Shown here piece by piece: positions 38,509 through 49,458 of a stretch of DNA of 64,000 nucleotides (positions within the stretch are counted from its first letter, which is position 1; each line of letters begins with the position of its first letter). The notes under the pieces were generated by a model. It saw nothing but the letters and a program-made list of their open reading frames with translations, was not told the DNA's origin and searched no databases. The DNA is from an uncultured Gemmatimonadaceae bacterium (GTDB lineage: Bacteria; Gemmatimonadota; Gemmatimonadetes; Gemmatimonadales; Gemmatimonadaceae): NCBI GenBank assembly GCA_963843845.1, contig CAWJMB010000002.1, forward strand, positions 1,664,001 through 1,728,000, read 5' to 3'. The position numbers and the translations under genes were made by a program.

Positions 38509-41500
38509 TCAGAACGACGGTCCCAGCGACCACGTCCCGAACGCTCGGCGGCTCGCCGCGTTCAGTGGCTTCGCGTAATCCCAGCGCAGCACGGCGAAGC
38601 CGAACAGGTTGAAGCGCACGCCGAAGCCGTAGCTGCGGAGCGGGAACCGCTGTCGGTTCTGGTCGTAGCCGTCGGGGCGGCTGCCGTAGACGCGCATTCC
38701 GCCGTCCCACGCGAGGCCCGCGTCGTAGAAGAACAGCGCGTCGACCGGCGGCAGCGCGATCGGCAGCAGGCCGAGGTCGAGCCGGCGCACGAGCGGGAAG
38801 CGGAGCTCCGCGTTCGCGAACGCCACGCGGCTGCCGAACAGTTGGAGCGCACCGCACTGATCGCCGCTCGTCGACGGCGCGTTGTCGCCGCTGCAGAAGT
38901 AGGTGTCGTACGCCTGGCGGTCGTAGCCGCGCACGAAGTCCGGCGCGGCCGATGTACTTCCGGAACCGCGTCTCGTCGCGGCCCGCCGTCACGCTCGACG
39001 TGAAGCGCGTCGCGACCGTGAGCAAGTTGAAGAGGATCGGGTCGTAGCGCCGCGCATCGACGAGCAAGTCGAGCCACCGCCACGTGCCGATCGACGGCTC
39101 GAACTGCACGCGGTAGCGGTGGCCCATGAGCGGGCTCGTGTAGCCGAAGATCGCGTCGTCCGAGACGTAGGCGAGCGTCGGCGCCACGTTCCATGCGGTG
39201 CCGAGCTTCTCCCCCTTCCCGAGACGCCTGCCCCGTGATGTACCCCGCGTCGTCGACGTTCGACGTGACCGTCACCTGCGACTGCGCGATCGCCGATGCG
39301 CGCACGCCGAACTCGACGCGGCGGAACCGGTCGAGCGGGTAGAACGCGGTGGCGAAGGCTTCGCGCTGCATGTAGCGCAGGTAGCGATCCGCGATGACCG
39401 GACGCTGCGCGGTGTCGAGCATCTGCACGCGGTCGCCGAGCAGGTAGTACGGCGTCTGCGCGATGCCGGTCTGGTACTGCACGCGCCGGCTCAGGTTCGC
39501 GTAGCTCACGAACGCCATGGCGTCGGCGATCCGTCCGTTGATCGCGGCCGAGACCGCGAGCTGCTGATTGCCTAGCAGGTCGCCGAGGACGATCGTCGTG
39601 CCGCCGTAGACGGTCTGCCCGAAGCTGTTCGCGCCGTAGCCGATCTGAGGCTGCGAGATGTATTCGGGTTGGAAGCCGGCGTCGTACGCGTACTCCTTGA
39701 AGCGCGTCGTGTCGGGCAGCGCCAGCGCGGCGCTGTCGAGCATCGCGGTGACGGTGAGCGGCGCGGCGCCCGAGGCCCCGGTGCCCAGTGCATCCGACGC
39801 GCGCAGCCCGGCGCCCGGCGCGCGATAGATCGAGCGGCCGGCGTCGGCGCTGTCCGCCGCGGTCGTGCGCTCGCGGCCGGCGACGAGCGTCGGGGTGCTG
39901 TCTCGGAACGCCGCGCTTTCGCAGCAGGCGCGGATGGCGGATCGACCAGATGTTGTTCGTGCCCTTCTCGTAGTACGCGAACGCGAGCACGTCGGTCTCG
40001 CGCGCCCACGTGATCGCCGGGCTGTACTCGGTGAGCGCGTTGACCGCGCCGAGCACGTTCGTGAGCTGATAGTGCTCGCGCGCGTCGAGATCGTAGAGAA
40101 AGAGGTTCGCGGTTCCGGTACGGTCGGAGACGTAGGCGATCGAGCGGCCGTCGGGCGCCCACTGCGGATTGACGTTGAGCCCGCCCTGCGCCGGCAGCTC
40201 GCGCACGCGTCCGGTCTCCATGTCGTAGAGGGCGATCGTCCACCGCGCGAGGCGCAGCACGTCGAAGTCGGTGCCGCGGTCGCTCGCGAAGGCGATCGTG
40301 CGCCCGTCCGGGCGACCACGACGGCTGCGCGTCGCCGTTGCGGTCGTTCGTGAGCTGACGGAACCCGCGTGCCGTCGGCGTCGACGAGGTACAGGTCGGT
40401 GATGCCGCCGTGGTTTCCGCTGACCACGAGCCGGCGCCCGTCCGGCGACCACGTCGGACTCGTCACGCCTTCGAGCGGCAGGTCGAAGCGCCGGACATTC
40501 TCGCGCGTCGCGACGTCGAGCAGGTACAGCACGTCCTTCCCCTTCGTCTGACCGACGTAGGCGAGCAGACGGCTGTCGGGGGAGAAGCTCGCCTGCGAGT
40601 AGAGCTGCCGGAGCTCTTCCGCGCCGGTGTTCGTCGTGCTCTCGACGAGCCGCTTGATGCGGCTTGCCCGGTCCGTGCGTCGGCGAGGTACAGGTCGGGG
40701 AACACCTCGCCGCGCAGCAGCGAGCCGTACGAGATGAACGCGATGTACTTCCCGTCGGGCGAGAGCGCCGGCGCGATGTAGAGGTCGGCGACGCCGCCGG
40801 TGCGTCCGCTGCGTGAGCAGCGGCTGTGCGAACTTCCGCGGCCGCTCGAGCTGCGCGACCGACGGCAGGAAGCGGTTCTGCACGGACTCGTGCCACTCGC
40901 TCGCTCAGCTCCTCGAGCGACATGCCGAGCTCCGCGCGGAACGCGCGCTCGACGCCGAGGCTCGGCACGGCGTTCATGATCTCGCCGACGACCTCGTCGC
41001 CCCAGCGGTCGCCGACGTACTGCCAGAGCGCGAAGCCGAAGCGGTACGGGAAGTACTTGTCCGGCTCCTGCGTCATCTGCCTGATCGTCGGCAGGCTTGC
41101 CGTTCACGGCGGCATCGCGCAGCCACGCGTCCGTCTGCGGGTGCGTCGTGGCCCAGCGACAGGAACTCGGCCATCCCCTCCATGAACCACGAGCGGAGGG
41201 TTCACCTGCGCGTACTGCTGGATGTTCGCGCCCGAGCGTCCCGCGCGCGAAGATGTCGTACTGGAACTGGTGCACCATCTCGTGCATCAGCACGTGCTCG
41301 AACGAGCGGTAGTCGCCGGTGAGCGGCTGCGCCATGCGCTGGCGCAGGATGTCGGTGACGCCGCCCGGTGCCCTCGCCGAGGTCGCCGAAGACGTTGCTC
41401 TGCGCGAAGTCGCCGCGCGACTGGAAGACGATGATCGGCTTCTTCTCGCGGAACTGGTGCTGCAGCAGGCGCGAGAGCCGCGCGTACGAGCGCTCCGCCA

Positions 41501-41702
41501 GCCGCGCCGCGTCGTGCGCTGCGATGCGCTCGACCGGGTAGTAGTGCACCAGGAAGTGCTCGGTCTCGATGACGCGCCAGTCGAGCCGGTCGTACTGCAC
41601 GAGGTTCTGTCCGAAGTACAACTGCGCCCGCGCCGGCACGGCGCACACCAGCGTCGCGACCGACAGCGCGAGCGCGATGACCGCTGCGACGCGCGCCCGC
41701 AT
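38509..41702 (-). CDS. Omp85/BamA-family barrel fused to an N-terminal HExxH metallopeptidase-like domain and TolB/PD40 propellers (frameshifted in the assembly)
   Basis: HVLMHEMVHQFQ; WSPDG/WAPDG repeats; RGYD, NAELRFP, FYDAG, YGFGVRFNL, terminal Phe. Confidence 0.85.
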
Positions 41703-41714
41703 CGGGTCAGCGCC

Positions 41715-42104
41715 TCATGGCGCCACGGCCGGCGCGCTCTGCGCCAGGTCGAGGGGGACGACGCGCGCGTCGCTCCACAGCCGCTCGAGCTGGTAGAACT
41801 GCCGCAGCGACGGGTGGAAGACGTGCACGACGAAGTCGAAGTAGTCGAGCAGCGCCCAGCGTCCTTGCGAGACGCCTTCCTCGTGTTGCACGCGCGTGCC
41901 CGACTTGCCGAGCTCCTCCATCACGTGCTGCGCGACGGCGCGCACGTGCGTGTCCGACGTCCCGCTCGCGATGACGAAGAAGTCCGCCATGTCGGTGACG
42001 CCTTTGAGGTCGAGCACGACGACGTCGTTGGCTTTGAGGTCGAGCGCCGCCTGTGCGGCGCGCCGTGCGGCGTCCGCGGCGGAGAGCGGCGAAGCGTGTG
42101 CCAT
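41715..42104 (-). CDS. rsfS: Ribosome silencing factor
   Basis: DLKANDVVVLDL, DFFVIASG, WALLDYFDFVVHVF, FYQLERLW. Confidence 0.95.
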   Translation of the reverse strand: MAHASPLSAADAARRAAQAALDLKANDVVVLDLKGVTDMADFFVIASGTSDTHVRAVAQHVMEELGKSGTRVQHEEGVSQGRWALLDYFDFVVHVFHPSLRQFYQLERLWSDARVVPLDLAQSAPAVAP

Positions 42105-42206
42105 CTCGGATGGTCGAAGTGGGAACAAACCGGGTCGAGCCGGACGCTACCCAGCGTCCGGCTCGTTGTTCCGAAGCCAAAGTCGGGCCGCGCGCCATGG
42201 CGCGCG

Positions 42207-42653
42207 TTACTGCTTGATGACCCAGACCTTGATCTCGGGGCGTCACGTCCGCGTGCAGCTTGATCGGGACGCGATAGACGCCGAGCGCCTTGATGGGCTC
42301 GTGGAGGTCGATCTGACGCTTCTCGACGTGGTGTCCCTGCGCCTCGAGCTGCTCCGCGATGTCGCCCGACGTGACCGATCCGAACAACTTGCCTTCCTCG
42401 CCGACGCGCGCCGCGAACGTGATCGAGACTTCCTCGAGCTTCTTCGCGAACTCCTGCGCCGTCTCGCGCCGCTTGTTCTCGGCGGACTCGAGGCGGGCCT
42501 TCTCCTGGGCGATGCGGCTTCTTGTTTCCCTCGGTCGCCTCGAACGCGACGTCGCGCGGCAGCAGGTAGTTGCGCGCGTAGCCGTTGGAGACGGTCACGA
42601 CGTCGCCGGGATTGCCCAGCTTCTCGACCGCCTGCCGTAAGAATGACTTCCAC
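42207..42653 (-). CDS. rplI: 50S ribosomal protein L9 (frameshifted in the assembly)
   Basis: LGNPGDVVTVSNGYARNYLLP; GKLFGSVT; EPIKALG. Confidence 0.93.
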
Positions 42654-42677
42654 CGATACCTCCGGGGTAATCCGTAG

Positions 42678-43768
42678 TTAAGACGTGATGCGGCGCGCGC
42701 CACGACTGCGCCAGTCGCCCCACGTGTCGCCGAGGCCGACCGCGAGCGCGACGCCCGAGAGCGTCGCCGGCGAGCAGCGCGATCCCGACGACGGGGAGCA
42801 GCAGCGCGACGCCGACGCCGACGGCCACCGTGACTCGCTCGGACGCGAGCCAGCGAAGGATGCCGAGTCCGCGGAGCGCGTAGAGCGCGCCGAAGAAGAC
42901 GAGCAGGTTGAGTCCGACCGCCCGCAGCGGCGCGAGCGACGGCAGCACGACGATCGTGAGCCCGGCGACGAGCCCCCACACGAGCTGATCGTTGAAGCGG
43001 AAGCTCGCGAGCGGGCCGAGCGGCGGGCCGATGCGGACGCGACTGAGGCGATGGTACAGTCCCCACGCGAGCCCGAGAGCGGCGAGCGACTCGAGGCCGA
43101 GGAGAGCAGGAACGAGGGGCGCCGTGACGCTCCGGGAGCGCTCCGAGCTGCTCGGCCGACGCGTCGGCACGAGCCGCCAGCTCCGGCGCCCGCGCGGTCA
43201 CCGTCTTCCACGCCACCGCCGACGTCGCATGCTGCTGCCAGTCGTCGAGCGACGCGTCGATGCGCCGCGTCAACTCCGCTCGCATCACACCGCCGAGCCG
43301 CGAGACGTCCCGCCCCGTGACGACCGCGCTGCCGACCGCGACGAAGCAGGCGACGCCGAGCGCGCCGAGGGCGCGCACGAACAGCCGGAGCCCCGGCGCG
43401 GCCAGCGACACGACCCCGAACGCGCCGGCGAGCACGAGCGCCCACCCGCGCGCGACCGCTGCATACGCCGGCGACTCGGCCGGGAGCGGCTGTCCGACGA
43501 CCCAGACCGACACGAGACACCACGCGACGGCGGTGAGCAGGCGCCCGCCGGAGAGCCACCCGACGAGCGCGCAGGCCGCGACGCGCCGGCACGACGAGGA
43601 GCAGCGTCTGCTCGATCGGCACGAGCGCCCGCACGAGCGCGGCCGCCAGCCCCGCCGCCGACGGCCAGAACGGCGCCGCCGCGACGGCGAGGCACACGAC
43701 GAGCGCGAGGACCATCCGTCCCCACCCGCGTTCGCGCGCCCCCCGATCGGCATGGCGGCGGCCGTCAT
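42678..43768 (-). CDS. DUF2232/YybS-family membrane protein (frameshifted in the assembly)
   Basis: Multiple TM segments, FRFNDQLVWGL, GLGDTWGDWR; lies between rpsR and rplI. Confidence 0.7.
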
Positions 43769-43770
43769 GT

Positions 43771-43992
43771 TCAGCTCTGACTTCCCTTCGTGTACGGGAG
43801 CAGCGCGAGGTAGCGCGCCTTCTTGATCGCCTTCGCGACCTGCCGCTGGTGGCGCGCCGAAGCGCCGCTCAGGCGGCTGGGGAGGATCTTCCCGGTCTCC
43901 GTGATGAAGCGGGAGAGCAGGCGATCATCCTTGTAGTCGACGAAGCGGATTCGGGATTCGGCGAACGGATCGGCCTTCTTCTGGCGGCGCAT
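43771..43992 (-). CDS. rpsR: 30S ribosomal protein S18 (Cys-less form)
   Basis: [32 protein letters not shown]. Confidence 0.96.
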   Translation of the reverse strand: MRRQKKADPFAESRIRFVDYKDDRLLSRFITETGKILPSRLSGASARHQRQVAKAIKKARYLALLPYTKGSQS

Positions 43993-43993
43993 G

Positions 43994-44363
43994 TTATTCC
44001 TCGTCCTCGTCGTCTTCGTCTTTCGCCCGGCGGGCGGCGAGCTCCTCTTCGGTCATCGGCGGCGCGCCGAGCTCGCGCTCGTGCAGCGAGATGAGGTAGC
44101 GGAGGACGCCGTCGTCGAGCTTCAGCGCGCGCTCGAACTCGGGCAGTACGCTCGTGTCGTCGAGCACGAAGTGCGCGATGGCGTAGTAGCCGCTCTCGCG
44201 GCGCTTGATGGTGTAGGCGAGCTGGCGCCGCCCCCAGTGCTCGATCGTCGGTTCTTCGGTCGGTCTTCAGCAGCCCGTGATGACGGGCGAGCTTGTCGGC
44301 GATGGCGTGATCTTCGAGCGCAGAGTCGAAGATGTAGACCGCCTCGTACGTGCGTTGGGGCAC
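43994..44363 (-). CDS. rpsF: 30S ribosomal protein S6 (indel near 44260)
   Basis: [24 protein letters not shown] in a second frame; acidic tail; RBS GGGAGGA upstream of a GTG start. Confidence 0.92.
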
Positions 44364-44372
44364 GCGTGGCAA

Positions 44373-44432
44373 TCCTCCCTATGGTCATGGCCGCCCCCCG
44401 CCGGTTGCCTGGGCGGGAGGAGGGTCGAAGGG
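44373..44432 (-). promoter_or_regulatory. Putative S6:S18 autoregulatory leader
   Basis: Leader UCCUCCC is complementary to the SD GGGAGGA, with a competing hairpin CCCGCC/GGCGGG. Confidence 0.4.
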
Positions 44433-44469
44433 CGCGGCACGATGCGGCACCCGATGGGAAAAGCCCCGA

Positions 44470-44498
44470 AAGTTACACGCCGCACGGACTTACGGCAA
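44470..44498 (-). promoter_or_regulatory. Putative sigma-70 promoter of the rpsF operon
   Basis: Minus strand TTGCCG-N17-TAACTT. Confidence 0.55.
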
Positions 44499-44505
44499 CT
44501 CAGCG

Positions 44506-45006
44506 ATGCCGCGCGACCACCTTCCCCGCAAGCTCACCGTCCGCGCCGGCGGGCGGACCCTCGTGCTCCTCAAGCGACCCGAGGAGAGTGGAGAGCACGT
44601 CATCCAGAAGGCCGTGCTCTGGGCGCATTACCTGCCGGCGTACCCGGCCCTGCGCGTCGAGCAGCGCCTACCGTGGCCGAGTCGCTACAAGCCCGATCTG
44701 TACGCGCTCGATGCCACCGGGCAGACGGCGACGTTCTGGGGGGAATGCGGCGTCGTCAGCGCCGCGAAGCTCCGCGAGGTCGTGCGCGCGTATCCGCACA
44801 CGCACTTCGTGTTCTCGAAGTGGGACGCCCGCGTCGATCCGTTCGCGGCGCTGATCGACGACGCGCTGCGAGGACTACGTCGCACGGCCCCGCTGGAGCT
44901 GGTGCGTGTGCCGGGCGACGCCGGCGAGTGGATCGACGCGGGCCGCGACGTCGAGATCCCCGCCGATGCACTCGAGATCCGGCGGTGGCCCGCTCAGCGT
45001 CGGTGA
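44506..45006 (+). CDS. YaeQ-like PD-(D/E)xK-fold protein
   Basis: PEESGEHV..KPDLYA..FWGECG resembles YaeQ motifs. Confidence 0.55.
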   Translation: MPRDHLPRKLTVRAGGRTLVLLKRPEESGEHVIQKAVLWAHYLPAYPALRVEQRLPWPSRYKPDLYALDATGQTATFWGECGVVSAAKLREVVRAYPHTHFVFSKWDARVDPFAALIDDALRGLRRTAPLELVRVPGDAGEWIDAGRDVEIPADALEIRRWPAQRR

Positions 45007-45428
45007 CGGAGTGCGTCGAACGACGCGGCGCCCGGGCCGAGCGCAGAGATCAGGAGGAAGATGAAGCAGAACAGCACGGCCGTCTCGCCGCCGTTGAAGG
45101 CCGGGAAGACGTTGCGCGTCGCGTGAGCGAGGAAGTAGGCGAAGGCCATCTCGCCCGAGGCGATGAACGCGGCCGGTCGCGTGAAGAGCCCGAGCGTGAT
45201 CAGCAGGCCGGCACCGAATTCGATGATGCCCGCGATTCCGGCCCGCGACGCGATCTCGATCGGCGGCATCGCCGGCCCCTCGGCCGCGGCGTTCACCGGC
45301 CACCGAAACAGCTTCTGCGTACCGTGCAACATGAACAGGCTGCCCGCCACGATGCGCAGCGCGGCGAGCGTGAGGGGGCCGAATCGGTCGGCGATCGAGC
45401 CGTGCGTGGCGGTCGTGGGCGTGGTCAC
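44994..45428 (-). CDS. DoxX family membrane protein
   Basis: LRIVAG..HGTQKL, EFGAGLLITLGLFTRPAA, GPGAASFD. Confidence 0.9.
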   Translation of the reverse strand: MTTPTTATHGSIADRFGPLTLAALRIVAGSLFMLHGTQKLFRWPVNAAAEGPAMPPIEIASRAGIAGIIEFGAGLLITLGLFTRPAAFIASGEMAFAYFLAHATRNVFPAFNGGETAVLFCFIFLLISALGPGAASFDALRHRR

Positions 45429-45447
45429 GAAAGTCGAGTCGGAACAG

Positions 45448-45810
45448 TCACGAGAAGGCGAGAGGCGCCCGCCCACGCGGCGTCGCCACACCACGGTCGA
45501 GCAGCGCTTCGCTCGTGATGAGCCGCACCTGGTCGGCGAGCTGCGCGGCCGGCGTGCGAGCGGACGGGTCGACGGATTGATAGCCGCCGGAGAGGCGCGC
45601 CGCGAGCACCGCGGCGACGGCATCCTCCATGGCGTCGAGCACCTGCGCCGCGCCCGCCCCCTGGTCGACGAGCGACTCGACGATCGACGAGACGAGCGCC
45701 CGGATCGGCGCCGTCGTCGGATCGGGGAGTGCGAGCGCCGACCGCACGGCGAGCGCGAAGTCACGGTCGAGCTGCCGCGGGATGTACGGCTCCTGGACGT
45801 CGTCAGCCAT
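45448..45810 (-). CDS. Hypothetical protein
   Basis: 120-aa ORF with normal codon usage filling the gap between ychF and the DoxX gene. Confidence 0.55.
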   Translation of the reverse strand: MADDVQEPYIPRQLDRDFALAVRSALALPDPTTAPIRALVSSIVESLVDQGAGAAQVLDAMEDAVAAVLAARLSGGYQSVDPSARTPAAQLADQVRLITSEALLDRGVATPRGRAPLAFS

Positions 45811-45921
45811 GACGCACCATGTGAAGGGTGGCCAGTGAACGGGTACGGCGATGCAGCCGTACCGTCGTGTAGGATACCGACTGGGGCAGGCCGCGCGGGA
45901 GTGCGCGGCTCGTGCCAGGCG

Positions 45922-47022
45922 TCAGACGTTGAACTTGAACAGCATCACGTCGCCGTCGTGCACGACGTACTCCTTCCCCTCGCTTCGCACGACGCCCTTC
46001 TCGCGCGCCCCCTTCCACCCACCGTTCGCCACGAACTCGTCGTACGCGACCGTGTCGGCCTTGATGAAGCCGCGCTCGAAGTCCGTGTGGATCACGCCGG
46101 CCGCCTTCGGCGCCGTGTCGCCGCGGTGGATCGTCCACGCCCGCACCTCCTGCTCGCCCGCCGTGAAGTAGGTCTGGAGGCCGAGCAGGTGGTAGCTCGC
46201 GCGGATCAGGCGGTCGAGCCCGGCGCTCTCGAGGCCCAACGACGCGAGGAAGTCGCCGCGATCCTCGGCCGGCAGCTCGGCGAGCTCGGCTTCGATCTTG
46301 GCGGAGAAGGGAACGACCTCCGCCAGCTCTCCGCTCGCCGCGACGGCCGCGCGCAGCGCGGTGAGGTGCGCCCCCTCGTCGCCCGTCAGCTCGGCGTCGG
46401 TGACGTTCGCGGCGTAGAGGATCGGCTTCGAGGTGAGCAGCGACAGGGGCTGCAGCACCGCGAGCTGCTCGGGCGACAGCTTCGCCTCCCACAGCCCGCG
46501 CCCGTCTTTCAGGAACTCGTGCGCGCGCTCGAGCACCGCGAGCTCCGCCTTCGCCTCCGCGTCTCCGGTCTTCGACGCACGGCGCGTGCGGTCGAGCCGC
46601 TTCTCGACGGTCGCGAGGTCGGCGAGCGCGAGCTCGAACTCGATCACCTCGCGGTCGCGCACCGGGTCGACGGCCGCCATCACGTGCAGGACGTCGTCGT
46701 CGTCGAAGCAGCGCACGACGTGCACGATCGCGTCGGTCTCGCGGATGTTCGCGAGGAACTGGTTGCCGAGCCCCTCGCCCTGCGAGGCGCCCTTCACGAG
46801 CCCGGCGATGTCGACGAACTCCACCGCCGCCGGCACGGTGCGCTGCGGCTGCACGATCTCCGCGAGGCGGTCGAGGCGCGCGTCGGGCACGTTCACCCGG
46901 CCGACGTTCGGGTCCTTGGTCGCGAACGGATAGTTCGCCGCGAGGACGCCCGCGGAGGTCAGCGCGTTGAAGAGCGTCGACTTGCCGACGTTCGGCAGTC
47001 CGACGATACCGATCTTGAGCAT
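45922..47022 (-). CDS. ychF: Redox-regulated ATPase YchF
   Basis: GLPNVGKSTLFN, DIAGLVKGAS.GEGLGN, IHTDFERGFI. Confidence 0.97.
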   Translation of the reverse strand: MLKIGIVGLPNVGKSTLFNALTSAGVLAANYPFATKDPNVGRVNVPDARLDRLAEIVQPQRTVPAAVEFVDIAGLVKGASQGEGLGNQFLANIRETDAIVHVVRCFDDDDVLHVMAAVDPVRDREVIEFELALADLATVEKRLDRTRRASKTGDAEAKAELAVLERAHEFLKDGRGLWEAKLSPEQLAVLQPLSLLTSKPILYAANVTDAELTGDEGAHLTALRAAVAASGELAEVVPFSAKIEAELAELPAEDRGDFLASLGLESAGLDRLIRASYHLLGLQTYFTAGEQEVRAWTIHRGDTAPKAAGVIHTDFERGFIKADTVAYDEFVANGGWKGAREKGVVRSEGKEYVVHDGDVMLFKFNV

Positions 47023-47605
47023 CTACGCCGTTGCCGTTGTGCTTGTTCATCGCCGCGATCACTCCCTCGCGTACCCAGATCTCGCAGGCGTCGGTGAGGC
47101 GCGGCAGCATGTCCTGAACGATCCCGCGATCGAGCTTTCCCATCGGCGACAGCACGTAGTCGGAGAGGCGGCCGATCTCGCGCTGCTGATCGGGCGGCGG
47201 CGCGGTGCCGATGCGAAGGCGCGGATACTCCTGTGTCTTCAGTGCCCCTTCCACGCTCTTGAGCCCGTTGCTCCCGCCCGCGCTTCCCTGTGGCCGGATG
47301 CGTGAGCGCCCGACCGGCAGCGCGACGTCGTCGCAGACGACGAGCAGGTCGGTCTTCGCCGCCCAGAACGGGCGCCGCAGATAGGGGCGAAGCACCGAGC
47401 CGCTGAGGTTGTAGTACGTCTGCGGCTTCACGAGCCGCACCTTGAACGCGCCGACCGTTCCGTTCGCGACGAGCGCGTCGCCGTCCTTCCGCCAGCCGTC
47501 GAAACGCCAAACGTCGGCCAGGTGGTCGAGTACCCACCAGCCGACGTTGTGGCGTGTCGCCTCGTACTCCTTGCCCGGATTGCCGAGGCCGAGGATGACC
47601 TTCAA
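47023..47605 (-). CDS. pth: Peptidyl-tRNA hydrolase (the likely stop TAG 47023-47025 is out of frame because of an apparent indel)
   Basis: GLGNPG.EY..TRHNVG, KPQTY, GSAGGSNGLKS, PRLRIG. Confidence 0.92.
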
Positions 47606-47609
47606 GTGC

Positions 47610-48244
47610 TTACTCCTCGGCCTTCTTCTGACGGATGACTTCGGGCTCCGCGGCGCCGGGGGTCGCTTCGGCTGCGGCCTCGCTCGTGCGGGGCGCGGCG
47701 ACGGCGACGACGGTCGCGTCCTCGTCGTCGAGCAGCGTCGCACCCGCCGGAAGCTGCAGATCGCGCACGTGCAGCGGGTGGCCGATCATCAGCCCCGAGA
47801 CGTCGACGTCGATGTGGTTCGGGATGTGTCGCCGGGTCGACCGAGATGTGGACCTGGCGCATCGACTCCTCGAGGAGCCCGCCGCTCTCACGCACCCCTG
47901 GCGCGACGCCGACGAGCACGAGCGGGATGTCGACGGGGACCTTCTCGCCAGCGACGAGCTCCTGGAAGTCGACGTGCACGATCGTGCGCTTGACCGGGTG
48001 ACGCTGGATCTCGCGGATCAGCGTGCGCGACGTGGCGCCGTCGAGCCCGAGCTCGATGACCGTGCTCTCGGCCGAGATGTGCTCGAGCAGCTTGCTCGAG
48101 CTCACGAGCGTTGACCGAGAGCGCCTGCGCGGAGCGGTTGTGGCCGTAGATGACGGCGGGAACGCGGCCGGCGGCGCGAAGCTTGCGCGCAGCGCCTTTG
48201 CCGGTCTCGGCGCGGGGCTCCGCGGCGAGCGTGGCAGTTGCCAT
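47610..48244 (-). CDS. rplY: 50S ribosomal protein L25/Ctc (frameshifted in the assembly)
   Basis: GKGAARKLRAAGRVPAVIYG; IQRHPVKRTIVHVDF; C-terminal EPEVI. Confidence 0.93.
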
Positions 48245-48405
48245 GGATCGAGAACCTCTTTCCGGAGAACGCGAAGCGACGTGACGCCCAGGTTACCCTC
48301 GGGCGTCGCGCCGGAAACGCGCCGCCCGCCTCTCACCCAGCCTCACAACATAGCGGCGTAAGCGGCGACGAAGCAACCGCTTAGCTCCGTCCGCCGGGCG
48401 TCGCG

Positions 48406-49368
48406 CTAGTCGAAGAGACTCGAGACGCTCTGCTCGCTGTGCGTGAAGCGGATCGCCTTCGCGAGCAGCTCGCCGACGGAGAGAATCGTCAGCTTCTCGA
48501 AGCGCTTCTCGGGGCGCGTGTAGACCGAGTCGGTCACCGTCACCTCTTCGATCGGCGAGTCGCTCAGGCGCTGCACCGCGGGGCCGCTCAGCAGCGCGTG
48601 CGTCGCGCACGCGAACACGCGCTCGGCGCCGAGTCGCTTGAGGGCGCGGGCGGCCTCGCTCAGCGTGCCGGCCGTGTCGATCATGTCGTCCACGAGCAGA
48701 CAGTCGCGTCCCGCGACGTCGCCGACGACGTTCACGACCTCGGCGACGTTCGCCGCCGGGCGCCGCTTGTCGATGATGGCGAGCGAGCCGTTGAGCCGTC
48801 GCGCGAAGCCGCGCGCCATCTTCGCCGCGCCGGCGTCAGGCGCAACGACGACGGGGTCCTTCAGGCTCTTCTTGCGGTAGTGGTTGACGAACACCGGCGC
48901 CGCGTACAGGTGGTCGACGGGCACGTCGAAGAAGCCCTGCAGCTGGTGCTGGTGGAAGTCGATGCCCAGCACGCGGTCCGCGCCGGCGCTCTCGATCATG
49001 TTCGCGACCAACTTCGCAGCGATCGCGACGCGCGGCTGGTCCTTCCGGTCCTGGCGCGAATAGCCGTAGTAGGGCATCACGCAGGTGATCCGCGCCGCGC
49101 TCGCCCGGCGCGCCGCGTCGATCATGAGCAGCAGCTCGAGCAGGTTCTCCGCGGGCGGGTTCGTCGGCTGGACGATGAAGACGTCGAGCCCGCGGATGTT
49201 CTCGTCGATGCGGACGAAGATCTCACCGTCGGCGAAGCGGCTGACCGTCATCTTGCCCAGGTCGACGCTGAGAAAGCGACTGATCTCGTTCGCGAGGTCG
49301 GGGTTCGCGGTGCCGGCGATGAGCTTGAAGCCGACCGAAGCAGCCTGCCCGGAGCCTGTGGAATCCAT
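48406..49368 (-). CDS. prs: Ribose-phosphate pyrophosphokinase
   Basis: FADGE, PYYGYSRQDRK, VAPDAG, VDDMIDTAGT. Confidence 0.97.
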   Translation of the reverse strand: MDSTGSGQAASVGFKLIAGTANPDLANEISRFLSVDLGKMTVSRFADGEIFVRIDENIRGLDVFIVQPTNPPAENLLELLLMIDAARRASAARITCVMPYYGYSRQDRKDQPRVAIAAKLVANMIESAGADRVLGIDFHQHQLQGFFDVPVDHLYAAPVFVNHYRKKSLKDPVVVAPDAGAAKMARGFARRLNGSLAIIDKRRPAANVAEVVNVVGDVAGRDCLLVDDMIDTAGTLSEAARALKRLGAERVFACATHALLSGPAVQRLSDSPIEEVTVTDSVYTRPEKRFEKLTILSVGELLAKAIRFTHSEQSVSSLFD

Positions 49369-49458
49369 TCGGCGACGCGTCGAGGAGAAAGGGTCGGCGC
49401 AAAACGAGGACGACGCTCGCGCGTCGTCCCCGCCGCACCGTCACGTTGGTTGCCCTGA

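Noticed and set aside
36947..39187. Omp85-SPOR fusion suggested by the 746-aa ORF
   Set aside because: An indel near 38945 diverts the barrel frame; the barrel ends at 38509 and the SPOR lipoprotein has its own signal peptide from 38464
45803..47743. Pth with a long C-terminal extension over ychF
   Set aside because: A TAG directly abuts the ychF ATG one frame off; the region is indel-rich and the extension is shadow-frame sequence
2751..48244. Mass pseudogenisation or programmed frameshifting of ALDH, lepB, rplI, rpsF and rplY
   Set aside because: Essential genes are affected, protein motifs remain intact, and I saw no slippery-site pattern; sequencing error is the simpler explanation
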